Source: Rhodosorus marinus CCMP1338 (taxonomy: Eukaryota; Plantae; Rhodophyta). From it: a stretch of 64,000 nucleotides of DNA. Positions 34,501-46,057 of the stretch are shown one piece after another. Where the stretch lies: contig JAMWBK010000011.1 in NCBI GenBank assembly GCA_029953675.1, positions 248,001-312,000 on the forward strand. The letters are read 5' to 3'. The translations under genes and the position numbers were made by a program. Numbering within the stretch: position 1 is the first letter of the stretch; each line of letters starts with the position of its first letter. The notes below the pieces were generated by a model. It was not told where the DNA came from, did not search any database, and saw only the letters and a program-made list of their open reading frames with translations.

Positions 34501-36420
34501 TGCCCCAAACCATCCGGTAGCCTCATACACAAATAAACCAATGTACTTGACGCCTCCTCTCCCATCCGGCAGTGGCCCAGTAATGCCACTATGCAGACAC
34601 TCGCCGAACCTCTCCGACTTCCCAGCGATCCGCCATCATTAGCCGTAGTCGTCTTTGCTCGTTCACAGCTGGAGCATTCAAACTTCGCGGGTACTGTGCC
34701 GTTCACTTCCACGACTCCGTCCTTTTTCAGTTGACTGATCGCACCCGACCCTGGATGACCCAAACGTCTGTGCCATCCCATGGCATCCGTTTTCCCGTTG
34801 TCTCTCCTCGCCACAGCCAGCGTCCTACGTCGCGAACTGATTTCCAAATCCACAAAGCAAAGACCACATGTGTTTGTAGCTTTAAAGACCTCTGCATCTC
34901 CTTTTGATACTACTAAGCTCTTACTGCCAGTAGATCCAACACTAAAGCCCTTCTCTATCAATCTGCTAAGACTGACTACATTAAGCGCGCCTCCGGGGAG
35001 GTAAATTGTATCAGCAAGACGCAGAGTGTCTCCTCCGCGTGTGTCAAGATCCAGTCAAGATCCACCGTACCCACTTCGCTGAGGGTCTTGGTGTTGCCGT
35101 CGCCGAACGTGACATCCGTGTCAATTGTTCGCCTGGGACCCTGGAACGCCCCGTCCACTGTGCAGATATGGTCGGTTGCACCTGAATCAAGGATGAACTT
35201 ATCCTTGTGCATGTTTGCGACCATGCCCGCGTGGAATTTTCTTGTAGGCGTTTCCTCCTCGGGCTTCGCCTTGCCCTGCTCCTCAGGGCAATCCACACGA
35301 ACGTGCCCGGGTTTGCGGCATCCGTAGCATATGATGCCTCTACCACCCTTTTTCTTTTTCTTCTTTTGCATCGTCGTCACGTGATGCTGAGTTGCGTCCG
35401 CTTTATCTGCCTTCTCCGCTTTCTCAGCTTTCTCAGGCTTCTCGCACATGACACTTCTGGATTGCCTGGTTTAGTACAATCCTTCCAGGTCCCTTGCAAA
35501 TGCTGTTCCAGGAGATGTTCCTATCCTTGTACGAATAGTACAGGAACTCGCATATTCCTCTTTCTCCTCCAGTACCTTCCGGAGTGCCCGCCGTTTTTCC
35601 TCGTCAGAGGGTGGTACCCCGGTGATTTCACGAATATCGGAGAATTCGGACTCGAGCCGGTTGATTAGGGCTCGAGGTGATTCTGTCTCGTGTATCTTTC
35701 GTCTGTATAATCGCGTCCAGATACTGTCAGCCGTCTCATGCCAGGGGGGGGTTGTATCTCTACGCGAGAGAGGGGCTCCCTCCTTCGACGAGGATAGCGC
35801 TATATCTAGTGCTGGTCCCTCCAGCACCCGCGAGAATACTGCCGAGATATATCGTCTCTCGGCGTCACTGGCCTCTCCTGGATTGTCCAATACCTCCCTT
35901 TAGATCTTTCAAATCGGGGAAAGTCTCTACCTGGAAGCGCCAGTGCCTGAAGGACAGCTACGACTTCTTCTCCCCTCTAAACAGTGAGGCAAGCTTGAAG
36001 TCCTTCAGGCGGCCGTCTGCGTCCGAGGCACTCCCCCCTCGTCCCAACAACCATCTCACCTTCCCACTCTCACACTACAGACTCTCCTTTCTCTAAATCG
36101 CACCAAGCGATGAGACCATGTCAGAAATAATTGACCTCCGACGTATTTCTCCAAACTTCGGTGCCTTCTTTTACTGTTCCCTGCCCCAGAGGCTCACTAC
36201 TTCGGCCTTATTAATCAATGGTTGCCAACGCATGGCGGCCCAATGTCAGGCCCTCAATGATTCCAACTCAGGTCTACAGTATACTATCTATCCACCGGAT
36301 ATACTATCCTAGCTACGCTATCCTGCCGGTCCTTCCAACTATGCCAAGGGCGCAATATCACCACCGTCCAACAAGCCTCACAACAGGCCGCCAATGCCGC
36401 ATTGGCAGCCGTTGATTAAC
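31544..36420 (-). mobile_element. Degenerate Ty1/copia LTR retrotransposon inserted in the GPX array
   Basis: Order is gag (CYGCRKPGHVRVDC knuckle), protease (ILDSGATDH), GAG-pre-integrase (WHRRLGHPG), integrase (KSDNALEY, PYTPSGNGMAER), RT (KARLVARGF, ADVKTAYLN, KSLYGLKQA, CVDDML) and RNase H (GYSDASWA, STAEAEY, ADIFTKAL). It carries stops and frameshifts. One TG...CA LTR-like block sits at ~36119-36420 next to a PBS-like TGGTCTCATCGC (9/12 match to the usual iMet PBS). No matching second LTR was found. Confidence 0.9.
33900..34642. repeat. Inverted duplication of integrase sequence (~205-bp arms) plus three tandem 33-bp units and a 22-bp hairpin
   Basis: 33900-34107 is the reverse complement of ~34432-34642. 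The 22-mer CCTTCCGCGAACACGTTATGCT occurs twice on + and three times on -. Confidence 0.85.
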
Positions 36421-36544
36421 AAGTCCCAAGTGGTGCGCTCCTGGGACAGGGAACAGCAAAAGCAGGCACCGAAGTTTGGAGAGATACGACGGAGGTCAAC
36501 TGTTTCCAACATCTGGTACAGAAGTCCCAGCAGATGCGAAAGAT

Positions 36545-37462
36545 TTAAGCTGCTTTGATATGAGGTTTAGGCCGAGGGGGCAATGGCTTCCCATCCAGCA
36601 GCCTAGCTACGTCTTCTTCGAGCATACTGGGGAGTATTCCAGGCTTGTATCTTCGAGCGGCTTGTCCATCTTTGTCCACAAGAAACTTAGCAAAGTTCCA
36701 CTCGATCGGTTTATGGCTTTCCGGGTTGGTTGACTTGAGGAACTTGTACACGTTGTCCACGTTGGGCGGGTTCACGTTGACCTGAGGGAGTGTCACAGAA
36801 AACTTGAGCTGAGACCAGTTGTACACCCGCACCGGCGTTCGGTAGCTCTACTACCTCGTCGAATATCGAGAACTTGGCGCCGTATCGCTCCCTAGCAATT
36901 TTGCAGGTGTCTTCGTAGTCACTGGGCTCCTGCTGGCCGAACTGATCGCACGGATAGGCTGTTTCCCCACAACCAACGGCAGTGGTTTTAGTGATTAGTT
37001 CCACGGTATCGGCATCCCTCCTCTGCGACACAAACTCTTACACGCTTACCGAGGACCTCAAAACCCTTTCCAGAATACTTGTCGTACAGGGACAAAAGCT
37101 CTTCACACTGGGGCGTAAGAAGGGCGCAGTAAGGGGTTACATTGATGACTAGCACAACCTTGCCTGACATTCAGCGGTAGGGTCTTGTTAAAAGAAAGCC
37201 GGCAATGATCCACCCACCGAAACTACTAACCTCGATACTTGTTCATCTCAACTTTTTGCCCATCCATACTGGCGCTGAGATCGTACAGCGACATGGTAGG
37301 AACAGCATCCTCAGCCAGGCCATAAATCGGCCTTCCCACAAGGACACCAGGCATCGCGACCTTCATAAACGCCCTCCTCGTCGAGTCGCTAACAGTACAT
37401 TTCACCGTCCTCAAGCCTCCAGATCGTCTCAAAGGCCGAGGCCCTACAGTTGTGAACGCCAT
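36545..37462 (-). CDS. Glutathione peroxidase paralogue 4 (Cys-type)
   Basis: MAFTTVGP, TRRAFMK, VINVTPYCALLTPQCEEL, AYPCDQFGQQEP, IEWNFAKFLVDKDG. Confidence 0.9.
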
Positions 37463-37962
37463 GGCCCAGAATTCCGCTGGGGACAGTGATACACCCCACT
37501 TAGTCACCAGCGAGCCCCCAGCTCGTCCATCCGTGAATTCTAAGATATCATCTCCGCAACGAACGGAAAAAGAGACAGCTGTCCACCCCAAATACCAAGA
37601 CAACTGTCCGCATGAAAAACCAAAAAAAAACAACCCGCTCAAAAAGTTGTAAAAGTCAATATTCCAGTACGACTTCCGTCATCAAAAGTCCGTTAATCTT
37701 CATCCACAATCATTACTAAAGAATATAGATTGACAACTCACAAACTTTTATACTATTTATATATATTTTGACTGATCTATGTTTTTGGCCATGTTAGAGT
37801 CATCTCCGCTCGTGTCAGTTAGAAGCTGAGGATGGGGTGGGGTCATAGCTCTGCCTACCATGGCTATTGAGATGTATATTTTGAGAGCTGGCATGTAAAC
37901 GAGAAGCAGGAAGTGATGTTAAGAAGCATCCCTGGAAACACCCTACGATCGTTAACTAGAAA

Positions 37963-38005
37963 AGAGGATCACTTTCTGTGGGCCTCCCACAGAAAGTGAT
38001 CCTCT
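37963..38005. repeat. Perfect 20-bp inverted repeat with 3-nt loop
   Basis: AGAGGATCACTTTCTGTGGG-CCT-CCCACAGAAAGTGATCCTCT. Confidence 0.95.
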
Positions 38006-38289
38006 GGCACAGTTACGGTTTTGAGAGAAGATCAGCTGTGGTGGGCGATTTGGAAGTATTTTCTGAAGTGCTGTGAGGGGACTGGTTGATGTGGAGGTGG
38101 ACTTTTTTGGAGGGAGGTTGGAGTGTTTAGTCGTTGGCTTGTTTAGTTTCTTCTTGTAGGAAACAGACGCCTTTTTGTTTTGTTTCTCTTGAGTTTTGGG
38201 GGGTTTGCTGTTCAGCAGGTTTTTCGGCGGTTGTTTTCTTGTGAGTAGTTTTGGCGTGTGTTTGAAGATTTCGGTTTTTTTGGGGAAGT

Positions 38290-40463
38290 ATGGATTACGT
38301 TAGTGCGAAGATGGAGGCTTTCAAAGTCAACTCGGTGGGAAAATTCATTCGGCTTTTGTGCGTGGGTGTTGAGGTAGCTTTCGTAGTAGCTGAAGTTTTA
38401 TCGTTGATTCTTTCTTGGTGGTGGTTTAGGAAGCTGCGACCGCAGCGCCTGGGTTTACGGTGAAGCCGAGGGTGGATTATCGGACTGTTGCGGCGGTGAA
38501 CGGGCCTTTGGTAATTTTGGACAAGGTCAAGTCACCGAGGTATGCAGAGATCGTTAACGTTACGCTAGGAGATGGTACCCGACGACGAGGGCAAGTCTTG
38601 GAAGTCAATGGTGACAAAGCCGTCGTTCAGGTAAACTTTTCAGTCTCGTGTGGGACAAGCTATGATGTGGTGAAGAATGACGCAAGAAAGCTAACGGGAC
38701 GCTCTTTCATTGCTTCGATTTAGATCTTCGAAGGGACAACTGGAATTGACAACAAGAACACTCATTGTGAGTTCTCTGGCGAGATTTTGAAGACGCCCGT
38801 ATCCCGAGATATGCTTGGTCGTATCTTCAACGGCTCTGGGAAGCCCATCGATGGAGGTCCGCCAGTCGTACCCGAGGCGTACCTCGACATCTCGGTATGA
38901 CAAACATGAAAACACCAAAACCCGTTCTCTAGCGATCGACCTCTTAACTTTGCCTGACTGAGTATTACCCATTGTACTGTTGTTCCATCAAATTCAGGGA
39001 CAACCGATCAACCCTCAGTGCAGAACTTATCCTCAGGAGATGGTCCAAACAGGAATCTCGACCATTGATGTGATGAATTCTATCGCCAGAGGACAGAAGA
39101 TCCCGCTTTTCTCCGCCGCTGGACTGCCTCATAATGATGTTGCCGCGCAGATCGCTCGTCAGGTGAGCTGCTCGTGGACGAGTTGTATTCAACGACATTC
39201 CCTGTTACTCAAGGCATTTTCGCTCTGCAACGTACTAATTCGATTAGGCGGGTCTCGTCGCCCGGGAGGGAGTTGAACCGGAAGAGTTTGCTATTGTCTT
39301 CGCCGCCATGGGAGTGAACATGGAAACCGCACGATTTTTCAGGCAGGACTTCGAAGAGAACGGAGCTATGGAGCGTGTGACGCTGTTCCTGAACCTTGCC
39401 AATGATCCCACGATCGAGCGAATTATCACCCCGAGACTGGCTCTCACAACGGCGGAGTACCTCGCCTACGAGTGCGGCAAGCACGTGCTCGTCATTCTGA
39501 CCGACATGAGCTCCTACGCCGATGCCCTTCGCGAAGTTTCCGCGGCGAGAGAGGAGGTGAGCACGAAAAAAAAATAAAAAATGTTGCCCTTCCCACAATT
39601 CTCCTTGGAACTCTGAGCACTTATCAAGATCTCGTACGCAACCACCAGGTGCCGGGACGCCGAGGATACCCGGGATACATGTACACCGATCTTGCCACAA
39701 TCTACGAACGTGCGGGACGTATTGAAGGTCGACCCGGATCGATTACTCAGCTCCCGATCCTAACTATGCCCAACGACGACATCACGCATCCCATTCCAGA
39801 TCTGACTGGGTAAGCATTTCGTGCCACAAGCAAACTTCGCTTGCCTTGTTGAAGTTCGTTGCTGAGACTTTGTGCTCGTCACGCACCTAGGTACATCACG
39901 GAGGGCCAGATCTACCTCGATCGACAGCTCCATAACAGACAAATCTACCCGCCCATCAACGTTCTTCCGTCGCTGTCTCGTCTGATGAAGTCTGCCATCG
40001 GCGAAGGGATGACGCGAAAAGACCACTCTGACGTCTCCAATCAGCTCTACGCTGCTTACGCCATTGGCAAGGACGTCATTGCGATGAAGGCAGTCGTCGG
40101 AGAAGAAGCGCTGTCCCAGGAAGACATGCTTTACCTCGAGTTCCACGACAAGTAGGCTCCTCACCCACTTCCAAGTCGAGAGACAGAGACATGCGCATCT
40201 CCCGCCCGGGTGATTTGCTTTTGCGAAAGTACTGATTATGTGGTTCAACTCGATCTTTGAAACCTAGGTTTGAGAAGAAGTTCGTCACCCAGGGATCCTA
40301 TGAAACCCGGGATATCTTCATATCACTTGACACTGCGTGGGGTCTCTTGAGGACGTTCCCGCAGTACATGCTGAAGCGAATTCCGGAGAAGACGCTCAAG
40401 GAGTACTATCATCGTCGATCTGCAGCTGGAGGAGCGCCAGAGGCGACGCCAGCCAAGGAATAG
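38290..40463 (+). CDS. VHA-B: V-type proton ATPase subunit B, multi-exon
   Basis: [83 protein letters not shown]. Start is at 38290 or 38311. Confidence 0.95.
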
Positions 40464-40729
40464 ACCGCCCAGTCGTGAGCGACATCCATCGTTTGCCTGA
40501 ACGAATTGCTATAGCTCAAAAGTCTTTCCACAAGAAAAAAAAAATACTGTAAAAGAAAACAAGTGGCAATCCGCCCTCGATTTGAAGAGCCTCGTCCTGC
40601 GAAAGGAAATCAGCTGTGGGACATGTGCAACTGGTAGCCCGAGCCGGGGAGCGGAGACCTCAGGGCAGAGCCACGCAATATACTCATCGATCATTCAGAG
40701 ACAACAACCCTGAAAGGACAGGTGCACCG

Positions 40730-40802
40730 AGGTTCCATCGAGACTCGAACCCGGGTCTAGAAATTCAGAGTCCCTCGTGATAACCAGTACACCATAAAGA
40801 CC
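40730..40802 (-). pseudogene. tRNA-Gln(CTG)-like sequence with damaged stems (tRNA pseudogene or SINE head)
   Basis: Reverse complement GGTCTTTATGGTGTACTGGTTATCACGAGGGACTCTGAATTTCTAGACCCGGGTTCGAGTCTCGATGGAACCT. It has Gln-type D and T loops and a CTG anticodon. The acceptor stem is mispaired with one extra base, and there are extra G-U pairs and a C-A mismatch in the other stems. Confidence 0.75.
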
Positions 40803-42339
40803 TTCAACACTCGTGAATCCAAAACCCGCTGCAGATAATTGGACGAAAATCTAGGTCACAGCAATCCAACTGACAGCTCAAGTTTTGCTTGTAGAAATTG
40901 CTCGCAAAGGCGGCTGGCTCCAGTCAATTTGCTTTTTTTTTTTCGAACAACGGAGCCCATACGAGCGAGGTAGGGACCCACAGATTGACTGCGCAAAAGC
41001 TGCCTCAGTTTATCAATGGCAATCCCTCTTCAACCGCTGCGAGACCTGCAGACCCTCTTGTCATCTTCCTGCGGCCGGTTGTGCATGCAAGTTTTGAGTG
41101 AAATTCAGACACAAGACAAATTCCGGAATCAGCGACCAGCTCGCCGACGCGGGAGGACACGAGTGCCACGCCATCTTGTTCCGGTTTTGCAATTCATGCA
41201 CAAACACTGCGCTATGCCTTCAACAACGTTCCTGGTAAAGCGCCGGCAGATTCCTGGGTTGCGTCTTTCGCGCATCTATCAACATCCTTCCAATCCGTCA
41301 AGTCAACCACTCAGAAGCGACGACAACACATTCAACCGACGCCAATCCAAAACCCTACCCTATTGACATCCACATTTCCTAAACAATCTTCAAAAAACAA
41401 ACTAAAAACAACAAATTACCTCATATCTATCGTATCTAATCCCAGAAATATCCAAATAAAGATCTCTTCCCTAAAACTCAGACTGCGTGACCTCTCACCA
41501 ATTCCTATTTTCATAATTTAGTACCTGCGTTCAATATCTATATTTCACAAATATACGTCTAGATTTTACTATCTGCCTAGATTAAAATCTGAATACTAAA
41601 TAAATAAAAAATAACCGGGTACAAGCTCATAATTATGACAGTATTTAAACATAATCAGGAAATATCCTCTATCGTATAAAAATTATTATCCTACTAGTTT
41701 CAAATATTGATTGGCTAATGCCTTTCAACGCGGAGGATTTTCAGCGAGATATTTGATGGAAGCCGAAATAGACATGCGAAAAACAAATCTAGACAATATT
41801 TCTAAACTACCTAGATATAATGAATTAAAAAATTATAATTCTCCTAAATCATAATTATGCCCGAATATGTTTTTAATTAGAGATTGAGTAGATCAAGGAG
41901 ACTGAGATTGGATATTCAATGAAGCAGAAACAGAATGGTGGAGGGAGGGGGGTTGGATGGATGGATACTAAGCACATTGTACAATATATTTGGATTTGTA
42001 ATAAATAAATGAGCGATTTGGGTTGTGTACGAATGAAATGTGCGTTGTACTAAATCGATTTTACTGGTCTTGGAAGGTTCTGGGTGGTGAGAATGGTCAA
42101 GTCATTTGGCTAACTGGTGGCTGAGTGTCTGAGAAGGCCGATTGGGGAGGGTGAAGGTGGATGGAAGATTGACTCCTTCTGAAGGAACTCAGGCGAACAG
42201 ATTGTTTGCTTTTCTTTTGTTGTGGGTGGTATAAAAGGTTGGTTGGTAGGTTTGAGGGGTGCCAGTTTATGGCTTGGACAGGCAGTCAGATATGGGCTGA
42301 TGAGCGGATGAAGTTTGGGTTTGGTTGTTGACTGATGAA

Positions 42340-43398
42340 ATGGAGTTTGAGAGGGTTAGGGATGGAAGCGGTGGGATGGTGGGGTGTGAGAGGGGCTTTG
42401 GGACTGTTTGCTCGGAGGATGGATCCTTGAGGCTTGGAAAGTGCGATGGGGCGGTGGCCGCTCTGCAGAGGTTCGGCGGTGACGGAGCAGTGAGTGGATC
42501 CGAGGATGGGCTAGTCAGGCTCTGGGATGTACGGAAAGAGGTTGAGGTTGGGAGCGTGGATGCACATGATGGACCCGTGACTGATGTGCGGGTGTGTGAG
42601 CTTGAGGGTCTGGTGTACAGCAGCGGTGACGATGGGTACGTGAAGGTCTGGGACGTAAGGACCGGGAGGTGTGTTCGAGAGTTTCACGGTCACAACGATC
42701 CATGCAGTCAGATTGCGCTTTTAGGAAACGATAAGGTTGCTAGCGCTGGAGTGGATGGAGCCGTGTGGGTGTGGTCCACGGCCACTGGAGAGAGAATCGC
42801 AGGTTGCCAGGTCGATTATGCGTGGCCAGTCTGGTGCATCAAAGCGTTTGATGCTCACCATGTGATCTCTGGAGCTCATGATGGAGTAATTAGGGTGCTT
42901 GACGTTCAGAGCGGGCAGATGAGCGTCCTGAGAGGCCATGCTGGGACGGTCTGGGAGCTCGAAGCTGTCTCGGACAAGGCCATTGCGAGCGCCAGCGCCG
43001 ATGGAACCATCAGAATTTGGAATGTAGAGACGATGGAAGAGGTCAGAGTGCTCAGAGGACATTCTGCATCGGTCGAAGCACTGAGCTACATCGGAAATGG
43101 GCGACTGCTTTCCGGATCATTCGACCGCTCCGTACGGCTATGGAACGTCGACACAGGAGAGCCAACCTGCCAGTCCATGGAACGCCACCGAGGATACGTT
43201 CGATGCGTAGCCCCGTACTCGGACTACGTCCTCTCCGCCTCCAACGACGCCACACTCCGAATTTGGAACAAGACAGGAACGCTCGTCGCAACCCTAGAAA
43301 CCTCCCACCCAATCGAAGCCGTTGTCACCCTGAAAGGAACCATCGTCAGCGGTGAATCCAATGGAATCATACGATGCTGGCGACCACCTATGTCGTAG
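42340..43398 (+). CDS. WD40-repeat protein (about 7 repeats), intronless
   Basis: Repeated GH...S.S.D..V+LW+ units (SGSEDGLVRLWD, SSGDDGYVKVWD, SASADGTIRIWN, SGSFDRSVRLWN). Confidence 0.9.
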   Translation: MEFERVRDGSGGMVGCERGFGTVCSEDGSLRLGKCDGAVAALQRFGGDGAVSGSEDGLVRLWDVRKEVEVGSVDAHDGPVTDVRVCELEGLVYSSGDDGYVKVWDVRTGRCVREFHGHNDPCSQIALLGNDKVASAGVDGAVWVWSTATGERIAGCQVDYAWPVWCIKAFDAHHVISGAHDGVIRVLDVQSGQMSVLRGHAGTVWELEAVSDKAIASASADGTIRIWNVETMEEVRVLRGHSASVEALSYIGNGRLLSGSFDRSVRLWNVDTGEPTCQSMERHRGYVRCVAPYSDYVLSASNDATLRIWNKTGTLVATLETSHPIEAVVTLKGTIVSGESNGIIRCWRPPMS

Positions 43399-43835
43399 GA
43401 ACACGACAAACCAAAAAAGTGGGACACCATAGCATCTGTCCCAAACAACTGTCCATATTTGAATAGAGTTTTTCAGAAATAAATATATACTTGCCGTCAA
43501 AGAGCGTCTGAGGAAAAAACCTTCTCTCGGGAATGGAAACGACGGCCAACAAAAGGCGTGCGTTGATCGCATTCGCTCAAGCTAGGGGTGGTGTGAACCT
43601 TCCTCTATCAGGAAATTGCCAGGAACGTGTTTAGAGGATGGTTTTTGTTGCGTCTTAGACCCGACATAACACTTGAGCGTGTCGCGATTTTCTCCGTCGC
43701 TCAGAACTGAGGGGGGCGGTCGGCTCGAGCTGTACAAATTCTTTGAATCACATTTTGTTTTGATCTTTCGTAGTTCTGTTCATTTCAATATTTGTACAGT
43801 ACAGTATACTAGCTTCTATCTCCCAGAAAAGGAAT

Positions 43836-44471
43836 CTAATAGCTCGGCGCTGGGAACTTTCTAATGTATTGCGGGTTGGCAATCTCGTCACCGATAAACT
43901 TCCCGACATCGACGTGATGGATTTCGTACTTTGATCCCTTGGGATGGTACAGGTCCGCAGTCTTGTAAGGCTTGCTTCGACCCTTTCCGAGTGCTGGAAG
44001 TCGTACGACAGTCCACTCGAGGTTGTTGTCCTCAGCAAGGATGGTCTCCATCCGCCCAATGTCGATCAAGCTGTTGATCAAGTACAGCCGAAGGAGTCTG
44101 TTGTACATCCACGGAGCGTTTTTATCGTAGTCAACACCAGCTGCTGATAGCACCAACAGGCGTTTGATACCCTGAGCCTCCATCGCACGTCTGGCGCTCC
44201 TTACGCCGTCGCTGTACACAGTCGTATACTTCCGCGCGGCGACAATACTTCCAGATCCAGTCGCCATCACAACCGCATCAGATCCCCTCACAGCATTCTC
44301 CATGCTGGTCGAGTCGTCGAACCTGATCTTCCTCACCTCGACGCCCAGGAAGTCCTTCATAGTCTCGGGCCTCCGTACGGCTGCAATCACCGCCCATCCT
44401 TTGCCTATGCAGTACTTGCAGATCTCCTGTCCACTCGACCCGTTCGCTCCAAATACAGTCACTTGCACCAT
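43836..44471 (-). CDS. NAD(P)H-binding flavin/biliverdin-IXbeta reductase-like protein, diverged copy
   Basis: 211 aa; Rossmann motif VFGANGSSGQEI, AAVRRP, GSDAVV, WTVVRLP, IHHVDVGKF. Confidence 0.85.
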   Translation of the reverse strand: MVQVTVFGANGSSGQEICKYCIGKGWAVIAAVRRPETMKDFLGVEVRKIRFDDSTSMENAVRGSDAVVMATGSGSIVAARKYTTVYSDGVRSARRAMEAQGIKRLLVLSAAGVDYDKNAPWMYNRLLRLYLINSLIDIGRMETILAEDNNLEWTVVRLPALGKGRSKPYKTADLYHPKGSKYEIHHVDVGKFIGDEIANPQYIRKFPAPSY

Positions 44472-46057
44472 ACTTCAATAATCAATCAGAAGCAACTTCA
44501 CCCAATCTGTCTTTAAATCTTCTCCGTGATTCCCCTGCCTCTACACGTTTGCTCAACTCGCCTGTCTTGGCACACATCCACAACCAACCCCACTCAAACC
44601 ATCCGGCATATCCCACTATATAGTCTTCCTCGCCAGGCGACCACTATTCCCAGACAAAATCCCAGTCAAGACATCAAGACGGTCACACAGTCTCACAAAC
44701 CAGTCTCAGTCAGAGACTCACACAGCACTGTCGGTCATCCAGCACAAAACTCGTTGAAACGCATCGATCAAAATATAAAAAAACATAATTAATAATAGAT
44801 AATATCCAATACAACCAATAATGTAACCGAATGGCTATTTAAAAAACGAATAAACCCAATGAAACCTCGCCAAGGGAGTTTGTGTTATGTCTATTGACCA
44901 ATTATGTATCGTTATAGTTCCAGATTCTATCTCAGCAATCAATATTACCATATGTTTCTTTTTTAAATAAAGATTGAACAGTTCGAAATATAATATAATC
45001 GAAATAATTAGTCCACTAGGGAAATTAGTGAGTATTATGCAATCAACCGAAATACAGTAATAATTATCGAAGCGCTCCAGTTTGAAAAACGGAAAAAAGT
45101 GGAGCTGTTAAATAAAGGAACTATTTAGAGGTTCTTCTCAGCGGAGTTTTGTTTTGCTTTTTAGAATATTTTCTGTAGGATCGGGATTTTTTTGCTGGAT
45201 GACCAAAAAGCGGAACTAGCGGAACGTGCAAAAAGTCTTAGAGGCTTCAGGGGGTTGATGAGGGGAGGAGGTAGTTGCAAGAGGTATCTTCTCGACATCC
45301 GTTGGAATCTTTGAGGTGATTTCGAGCCCGTGGCCGATGGGTATTGGGCGAAGGGGTTCAGAAGAGCAAGCAGGAACAGTCCCCGGTGCGATGTGGGTGA
45401 TTTTCGGCCACTGATGAAGGCGATATTTCCTTGCTGTTAAGAAGGGAGACAGCTCTGCTGGTAGTTGCTGGCGGATTGTGAAGATCTCTGTCTTGGTGGA
45501 TACGCGTCTGCATCAAAGGGTATTTTGCAGATCCTGGATTTCCCTGCGAAGCTGAATTGCGTTTCAGCTTGTGCCGAGGTTAACTGTAGACACACTGGGC
45601 CCTTCAACTTATCGCGCACGAGGGGTTTGCTCGTGGGAGGTCTTCACATTTCGTGAGCATGGAACCTCTAGGTGTCTGCTACTAACTCCAGACCAGTAGT
45701 GTCCATAAAATATAGAGAGATGCGCGTTTTAGAGCTTCTATGGGTAGAAAGTCGTATGCGCCCGCGTTTCCATTTGCACGGAGCGTATTGGATTTGAGTT
45801 GTCCGGTTGCAACTCACCCGAAGGCGCACTAAACTAACTAAGAGGCTCTGGAGAAGCTTACATCACAGCACGGGAATCAGAAGTTCGTCTTTTGGGATGG
45901 CGCTAATTAGGAGAAGGGGACGAACCCCCCAAGCTAGTATCGTTGATTGCACAATTTCAATTGTTTTCCACGTTTATTTGAGGTCTGTATTTTTCTGTTC
46001 ACGATATCTTTTTACAATATATTGCGCATGGTGCACTACTACTACAATCCAACGAAA

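Noticed and set aside
35450-35473. Programmed stop read-through between copia gag segments
   Set aside because: The element carries several other stops and frameshifts, so simple decay explains the in-frame TAA.
25624-37462. Selenocysteine GPX
   Set aside because: Active-site codons are AGC, AGT, TGT and TGC. None is an in-frame TGA.
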